A stretch of 64,000 bases of DNA from Yuukianura sp. NJ FZ-2021. Taxonomy: Eukaryota. Location of the stretch: positions 6,262,001 through 6,326,000 of the forward strand of contig CM102283.1 in the NCBI GenBank assembly GCA_046563655.1, given 5' to 3'. Of this stretch, positions 57,001-64,000 are shown in pieces (the first letter of the stretch is position 1; the number at the start of each line of letters is the position of its first letter). The position numbers were made by a program, and so were the translations under genes. Below the pieces are notes generated by a model. The model searched no databases and was not told the DNA's origin. It saw nothing but the letters and a program-made list of their open reading frames with translations.

Positions 57001-57409
57001 GCTGGGGTGAAGACAACAACAACATTGCAACGATCAAGTATCTCAAGGAGTTGGGAATCCATGGAATCATTTACGACAGGATTGAGGAACACATGGAACA
57101 GAAGGATTCCATTTTCTTGTCTGACGATGGAAGTGACCTCCTTCAAATTGCTGCATGTCTCTCTCCGAGCTCTCCCGGATTTCCCAACGATGAAGGAGGA
57201 GACGATGGCACAAATGACATGAATTTAAACACGAATCATATGGAAGGTTCAACGAAGGAAACTGATAGCAACGGTAACAAGGAGCGACAGGTAAGAAGCG
57301 ACGCAACTTGCAACTAAGAGACTGTTTCGGATTTGTAATTTGGAAACTTTTTTTTTTATTGCAGGAGGTCAATTTACGCACATTTGGAATGGGACTATTT
57401 AGCGTATGA
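54057..57409 (+). CDS. GPCPD1: Glycerophosphocholine phosphodiesterase (CBM20 + GDPD), multi-exon
   Basis: CBM20 GETVCISGDCSRLGNW; VVRRWETH; GWLT; IGHRGSG; ENTIASLKQAADHGADFVEFDVQLSKD; GFNIEIKW; KQNKYPVLFLTQG; GIIYDRI. Confidence 0.94.
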
Positions 57410-58516
57410 CTCCGTCGTAGCATAAATCCCAGCACTTTATTAACGGAACTGGACAGGAGCAAAGAAAGATCAACGCTGTGCTGTGTTAACAGCGTTCCGT
57501 GCTCACTTGTATTATTCGCTTCGCCGCTCCGCATTTTTGGTTCGCGAGGGCTGAAAATGTAGTCTTTGAATTCAATCACACATAAGAACTTCAAATCACA
57601 ATGGGTTATTTGACACGCAAAATTGATGTCTGCTGCAGTCTCTCTGTTAAGTCCATTAAAGTAATTAAAATTAAAAAATGATTGCATGTAATACTTCTTT
57701 CATTGTCATTTGGCTGTTGAGGTTTGTTGCTGCAATGCAGGAACCAACGATGTCAAGATGCAGGAGTGAATTGCGCAAACCAACAAAATAATTTCTAGCA
57801 ATCCGTGACCCCCGTCAATCTTTATCTTATTAGTAATTAACTAGTGTTTTGGAAAATTCCATTTCCCTGGACAAAATTGGGCGAAGTAAGGATTTTCCAC
57901 CATCATTGTAGCCGCACAGAGTGACTACTCCGGCCATCTTTTCTGTTATTCCATAGGCGGCAACTTTTGTAGCAAAATTAAGCTAACCTAAACTGGAAAT
58001 ATACGTTACCGCATAGTGTAGTCACCCATTGCATATGTAAAGTGGCTACACCGTATGGCTACAATGATGGTCGTTAAACCTTGGAGAGACCCAAGGCTAA
58101 GACCTTGGACAGGAGCAAAGTACGAAACGCGGGAGTTCAAATTTTGTATTTCCTTCCAGATTTTGTTTGTTGTTTGTGTGTGTTTTTTTTTTGTTTTGGA
58201 AAAAGGAAGAAAGAGCCAAAGCAAGGTCAAAAGGTCAGTCATCAACGCATCAACAAAACCACTAAGGTCGACGACACAAACGGAAACCACATGAGAACTT
58301 GGAAGCTTCCAAAGCGAATTGAAACGAAAACGTTTGATTAGTAAGTGCATGCGTGTATGATTTTCCGATTTTCTCGTCCATCGTTCGATCGTTCTCTAAG
58401 TGAAAACATTTCACTACGTAGAAAACAGCTCGTGACCTGTATCCTGTGCTGTGCATATCCATTATCTATGTCTATTTGAATACTGGCCGTAGCTGTCCCT
58501 CAACTACTACCGGAAT

Positions 58517-61500
58517 ATGGATTTAATGAGCAGTATTACCGACATAGTCGAATTTTTTACGAATTACTTTGGAGAAGTAGAAGAGACATGGTACTGGAAC
58601 TGGATACTCGACAACATGGTAAGATGATTTGAACTTGATTTTAGTATAAACTATTTAAACTTACTAAAACAAATGCTTACTCAATACTGATTTAATTACG
58701 GATTTTTAATAATGAAGACGACTAAAATCTTCTCGCAAGGGTATGCATGGTATGAAGAACTTATATAAATCAATTGTCAAAAGTGCACAGCGTTTCACCA
58801 TAACAAACGAACTCCTCAAATTCGCTTCCTCACTTTTCAATACCATTTTTGAAAAATGAAAAGCGAAGAAGTCCAGCAGAAGAGGGCAAGGAAAAGAAAA
58901 AGTTCGAACTGATTTTGAGGCCTTTTACTTTTAGATATTTTGATTCCGTTAACTCGAAGTTAGATTTCTTTTGAGTTGATTTTTCTGCCAAGTCTGCATT
59001 TGTCTTTCGTATGTGAATTTCGTATTTGTATGTGAATGTGAGGAGAGTGTCCTTCTGGAGAATCATGGTTAGTGCTAACAATTTTTCACCGTTTTCGTTT
59101 ATAATCAATACGAATCTGGTGGTAAGATATCTGTATTTAAGTTTAATGGCTGATAAAAATTATTCCATGACGCATCCTTGCTAAATTCGCATGAACTTAC
59201 TACACAATGAATTGTTGTTTTTTGTTTATTTCCATCCAGCAGTTGTCCATTCCACATAAGAGAGGTTCTAAGAACTTGTTTCTTGGCTAGTCTTCATTTC
59301 ACATCAACGTAAACAGTTCATCTGATTCATACTCTCTTGAAAAGACCACAAAAAGTTGAATGTCTTCCTAGGATTTGGCTATTTATATTTCATTGACTCT
59401 TCTAGAAACAACATTTGTTACTGTTTAGCTAAATTTTTATTGGTTTTCCTCCGTTTCTGGTTTAATATCTAAGAAAGGAAGAAGCAGTTGACACTTGACA
59501 GTCTCTTCCTGCTCTTGTCTTTTTTCACTAACTTAATTAAATGATTAACAAAACTCGGTCAATCCAGAAACCCCATCATGGGGATGAGGGGTCAAAGGGG
59601 TCATTCAATACTTGGTTTAGAACACTCCATGTTTTCGCTTGGACATTACTGTCGCTATTTCAGTTGCAAAATGTTTTCTCTGTGGTAAACTACGAAAAAC
59701 GAAATCATGTTCCGTTTTAATAACTTTTGATTAAGGCTTAAATTGTGCAATTTTGGATCGAATCTAAGCTGAACTTTTTGTTTCTGACTTTCAGGTATTG
59801 ATTGCAAGCAGTATTTTCGTGTCGCTGATCTTAATTGCCGGGGCATACTTTATACTGAGATACTATCGACTGAAGCATGAGAAAGAAATGCAAGGCCAAG
59901 GGCCCAAAGGGCGCTTCCGGAAGCGTGACAAAGTATTGTTTTATGGAAAGAAGATGCTGCGTCAAGTTCGATCAATTTCTGCCGGAGCTACGAAGAAGAA
60001 GAAAATCATTTCAAGATTAACAAGAAAGTTGCTGATGAAAAAGGAAGCTTCGCCTACGCAACTTCAAGTACTGGAACCTCCGGCGGAATATTTGCAAGAA
60101 GATGAATCAAATTTAGCAGACACAAGACTACCACCGGAAGTTACTTACATGCTGAAGAGTATCCGGATCTTTGGAGTTTTTGAAAAGCCATTATTCCTTG
60201 AACTTTGTAAGCACATGGAAACTCTACGTCTCGCTACTGGCCAGTTCCTGTTCCGGATTGGTGAAATGGATGAGAACTTCTTCGTCGTCCAAAGTGGCCT
60301 TCTCAACGTTTTCATAACGGAACACGACGGGTCTATGATCAAATTAAAACATGTCAAAGAAGGAGACTCTATTGCATCTCTCCTCAGTTTTACAGATGTA
60401 CTAACTGGACATCCGCAGCCTTACAAGACTGTATCGGCCCAAGCACTCGAAGATTCCGTTGTACTTAAGCTTCCAGTAACAGCCTTCCAAGAAGTGTTTG
60501 AAAAGAATCCCGAAACGTTTTGCCGCGTCATTCGCATAATTATGATCCGCCTGCACCGTGTTACGTTCACAGCACTTCATCAGCATCTCGGCTTGACCAC
60601 TCAGCTTATAACTCCGTCCTCTGCAGTACCCCGTCGAAAAAGTATTTTCAACACACAATCTCCTACGCGTCGTAACACGCTCGTGCAGCAGAATGCTGTT
60701 CATGGACCAGTTGAAGAACTAAGCAGAACTCCAGATTTGATTGAGGGTGAGGGACCAATTGCAGCAGGGATAAGCGAAATGTTTTCAAATCCTCTTCACC
60801 GTCAGGGTTCTCAAAATCATTTACGTAAAAGAACAGGCAACATCCAGATTCCAAATGCTGGTCAACAGAGCTTTAGTGCTGCTGGAAGTTTCGAAGATGG
60901 TTATGGAGCTGGAGTAGTTGGAGCTGCTATGCCTGTGGACTCCGAGTTATGGGAAGATACTATGGTACGAGCTACAGAAGCATTTCGAATTGCTCTGGGA
61001 ATGGAAGACGACGCACTGATCCAACTGAGTTTTAGAGAATTCACTCCAGGTGCCTATGTTACGAAAGAAGAGTCACTGCTGGAACCTGGATTAATGTTGG
61101 TCATGTCCGGACTTCTGACAATGTCGCAAAAGGAAGGTGAAAAAGACGTCGTGATGTATCACTCTTCCCCTGGAGATTTTGTTGGAACTATGACAGTACT
61201 TACTGGAGAACCTGCAATTTTTACTGTACGAGCCAAGTATCACACTAGAATTGCACTGATGACGAACAGTGACTTTTATGAACTGGTGAGATTTCAGCCC
61301 AGAGTGGTTCTTCATGTGGCCCATTTGGTTGTCACACGTCTGAGTCCTTTTGTACGTCAAATTGACTTTGCTATGGACTGGAGCTTTCTGGAAAGCGGAC
61401 GAGCGCTTTACAAACAAAGTGAAGAGAGTGACTGTACTTATATCGTGCTCAGTGGACGTCTACGTTCTGTCATCACTACAACGGATGGGAAGAAGCAGCT

Positions 61501-64000
61501 TGTTGGAGAGTATGGACGAGGAGACTTGGTTGGAGTAGTTGAAACGCTGACGGACACTCCGAGGAGCACTACTGTCATAGCCGTGAGAGACACGGAGCTG
61601 GCTAAACTTCCAGAAGGACTCCTCAATGCCATTAAACTTAAGTATCCAATCGTTGTCACTCGGCTGATCAACTTACTTGGCAGAAGAATCATTGGATCCC
61701 TGCAGCAACCCGCAGTCAAGTCATCTGGAGCAGTCGAAAGCAGATTATCCAATGGGAATTTCTCAACTGTTGCAGTAATTGCTGTGAGCGAAGATGTACC
61801 TCTGGATGCATTTACGTATGAATTGATGCATTCTCTATCAATCATTGGTAATTCTCTACGTCTTACATCTGCCTATGTTCGTCAAATCCTGGGATCTACG
61901 ATTATGGACGTGGCACATGAATACAGATTCAACTCATGGTTGGCTCAAGAAGAAGACAAACATCGGCTGGTGCTGTACCAATGTGATTCATCTATGACTG
62001 CCTGGACACATCGCTGTATCCGTCAAGCAGATTGTATCCTGATTGTGGGAATGGGTGATGGAGAGCCAACTATTGGAAAGACGGAGAAGCAATTGGAGCA
62101 CTTATCAATCAGGACGCAACGTGAGTTGGTACTTTTACATCGGGAAGGCGGTGACAAGCCTAGAAACACGGCGCTTTGGCTGAATGCTAGAACCTGGTGC
62201 TCGTCTCATCATCATCTCCAATGTCCGAAGCGGATGTTTTCGAAAAAGCCGAAGAACGTGAGTGTTTTACTTGGACTTTAACCAGTATTTTTTAAAGAAT
62301 AATTTAATATGCTTGGAATTTCTGATGTTGCAGATTGATTACTTTGAGTCAATCAGAAGAGTCGAGCCAAGTGTGCATTCGGATTTCTCGAGATTGGCTC
62401 GATGGTTGACTGGAACTTCAGTTGGACTCGTTCTGGGCGGAGGCGGAGCACGAGGTGCTGCACACGTTGGAATGATTAAGTCAATCCAAGAAGCAGGAAT
62501 ACCCATTGATATGGTTGGGGGAGTCAGTATTGGAGCGTTTATGGGTGCTCTGTGGTGTGCTGAGCGAAATGTCACCACGATGACGCAAAAAGCAAGGGAA
62601 TGGAGCAAGAAAATGACTCAATGGTGGCGCCAAATTTGGGATCTCACATATCCGGTTACATCCATGTTTACAGGACACGGGTTCAATCAAACTATCAAGG
62701 ATACCTTCGGGGATGTACAAATTGAAGACTTGTGGCTACCCTATTTCACAGTTACGACGGATATCACGTCTAGTCAGATGAGAATCCACACCCATGGTAC
62801 GTTCATTCTTCATTTAAATAGTAGTTATGAAAATATTCAAATTCCAAACTCCTTTCCTTTCCTACTTTTTGCCTTTCCGTTTGCCTTAATATCTTTTCTT
62901 ACCTTTTTGAATTGATTTTTGCTAAAAAATAATTTGCGAAACTACAGACTTTTTGGACATGATGTAATTTGTGGTTGTGTGATTGATAACATAGGATCCC
63001 TTTGGCGTTACATTCGGAGTAGCATGAGTCTCTCTGGTTACATGCCACCTCTCTGCGATCCTCAAGATGGTCATCTTTTACTGGACGGTGGTTACACCAA
63101 CAATTTGCCTGGTACACATTAATAACTCCGCACGATGGACGGCTAAGCATGCTCGACTTATGACATTCGTCCATGCTTAGCCAGAGTCCATCGCAGGCAA
63201 ACATTGAGCCAAGAGTTTGATTGAATTCATATGAGAGCTGGGCCGCTTTTGTCGCTGAATTCCGGAAATGCGAAGTACAAAGCTTGAGAGCATTACATTT
63301 TTGGCGCTTCCGGTTGTCCTGTCCAGATTCCTTTTCCTTATAAGCGTTTCAGTTTTCCTTTTACCCCTTTCCAGCCCGTTTCCGACCAACCAAAGTACTA
63401 GAATGCTTTGTTGAGAAGTTTACGGAAAATTTATTGTTTAGGTTGTCTCTGGCGTTACGTCCGGGCAAGTATGTCGTTCGCCGGAGTGTTCCCACCTTTA
63501 TGTGACCCGGAGGACGGCCATTTATTATTGGATGGATGCTATTCAAACAACGTCCCGGGTCTCAAATGAATTCAAACCAAACTTATTAACTTAAAATTCA
63601 TTATGATTTGTTATGTAAAAGTTGTACATTGTAATATCGTAAAAACAGTTTGGTCAAAAAGTGAGAAGATCAAACATAAGAAAACCAAGCGTAACCTACT
63701 ATTTGTAGTGGTTGTTTCCACTTTTTGACCTTGTCACTTTTTGATCAAATTATTTCGACCATTTCACCTGCTACGGTAAAACTTGATTGTTGCTAAATTG
63801 TAATTTTTGTGTAGGAGATGTCATGAAAAGCAGAGGTGCGTGCCATATTTTGGCTATCGACGTTGGATCTCAGGACGACACTGATTTGACCAATTACGGA
63901 GACTCTTTGTCCGGCTGGTGGTTGCTTTGGCAGAGATGGACTGGTCACTTCCGGACGAATGCCATCAAAGTTCCAAATTTGCCGGATATCCAATCCCGAC
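58517..64000 (+). CDS. sws: Neuropathy target esterase / swiss cheese (PNPLA6/7), partial at the window end
   Basis: Exon 1 58517-58618 splices in frame to 59795. TM helix; [17 protein letters not shown]; three cNMP-binding domains; patatin motifs GGGGARG, GVSIG and LLLDGG. Confidence 0.96.
62995..63111 (+). other. NTE alternative exon A (117 nt): [39 protein letters not shown]
   Basis: ag|...|gt boundaries, phase 1 on both sides; contains the catalytic DGG. Confidence 0.9.
63442..63558 (+). other. NTE alternative exon B (117 nt): [39 protein letters not shown]
   Basis: tttag|...|gt boundaries; same length and phase as exon A; paralogous sequence with an open frame. Confidence 0.85.
63649..63775. 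mobile_element. Degenerate copy of the Ddc-intron MITE family
   Basis: 63757-63775 gaccatttcacctgctacg is the exact reverse complement of 35045-35063. The other arm, tttggtcaaaaagtgagaagatcaaa, resembles the opposite arm of the 35 kb copy. Confidence 0.7.

Noticed and set aside
57067-57687. 206-aa minus-strand ORF
   Set aside because: Antisense to the GPCPD1 3' exons and UTR, with no protein-family features.

Overview
Eukaryotic, gene-dense window from a compact arthropod genome (probably pancrustacean, by inference: many ~55-70 nt GT-AG introns, arginine kinase, TTAGG tracts). It holds 15 spliced host genes. In order: CP2/gemini-type transcription factor, arginine kinase, DPM3, atlastin, ZNG1/CBWD, PCCA, Miro, importin-alpha, GPR89, WDR5, Ddc, ZIP7/Catsup, PNUTS/PPP1R10, GPCPD1, and NTE/swiss cheese (runs off the right edge). 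The main points of interest are: (1) an apparently intact two-gene PIF/Harbinger-superfamily (Pangu-like) transposon nested in a MITE, itself inside a ZIP7 intron about 20 nt from the splice acceptor; (2) two tandem 117-nt paralogous exons in NTE that encode alternative versions of the catalytic Asp loop (DGG vs DGC), with a strong hairpin between them; (3) competing long-range and local RNA pairings in the PNUTS 5' leader; (4) functionally linked neighbours (Ddc-Catsup and GPCPD1-NTE); (5) several intronic MITEs. Gene identities come from recognised motifs and exon boundaries were read by eye. No database searches were run.
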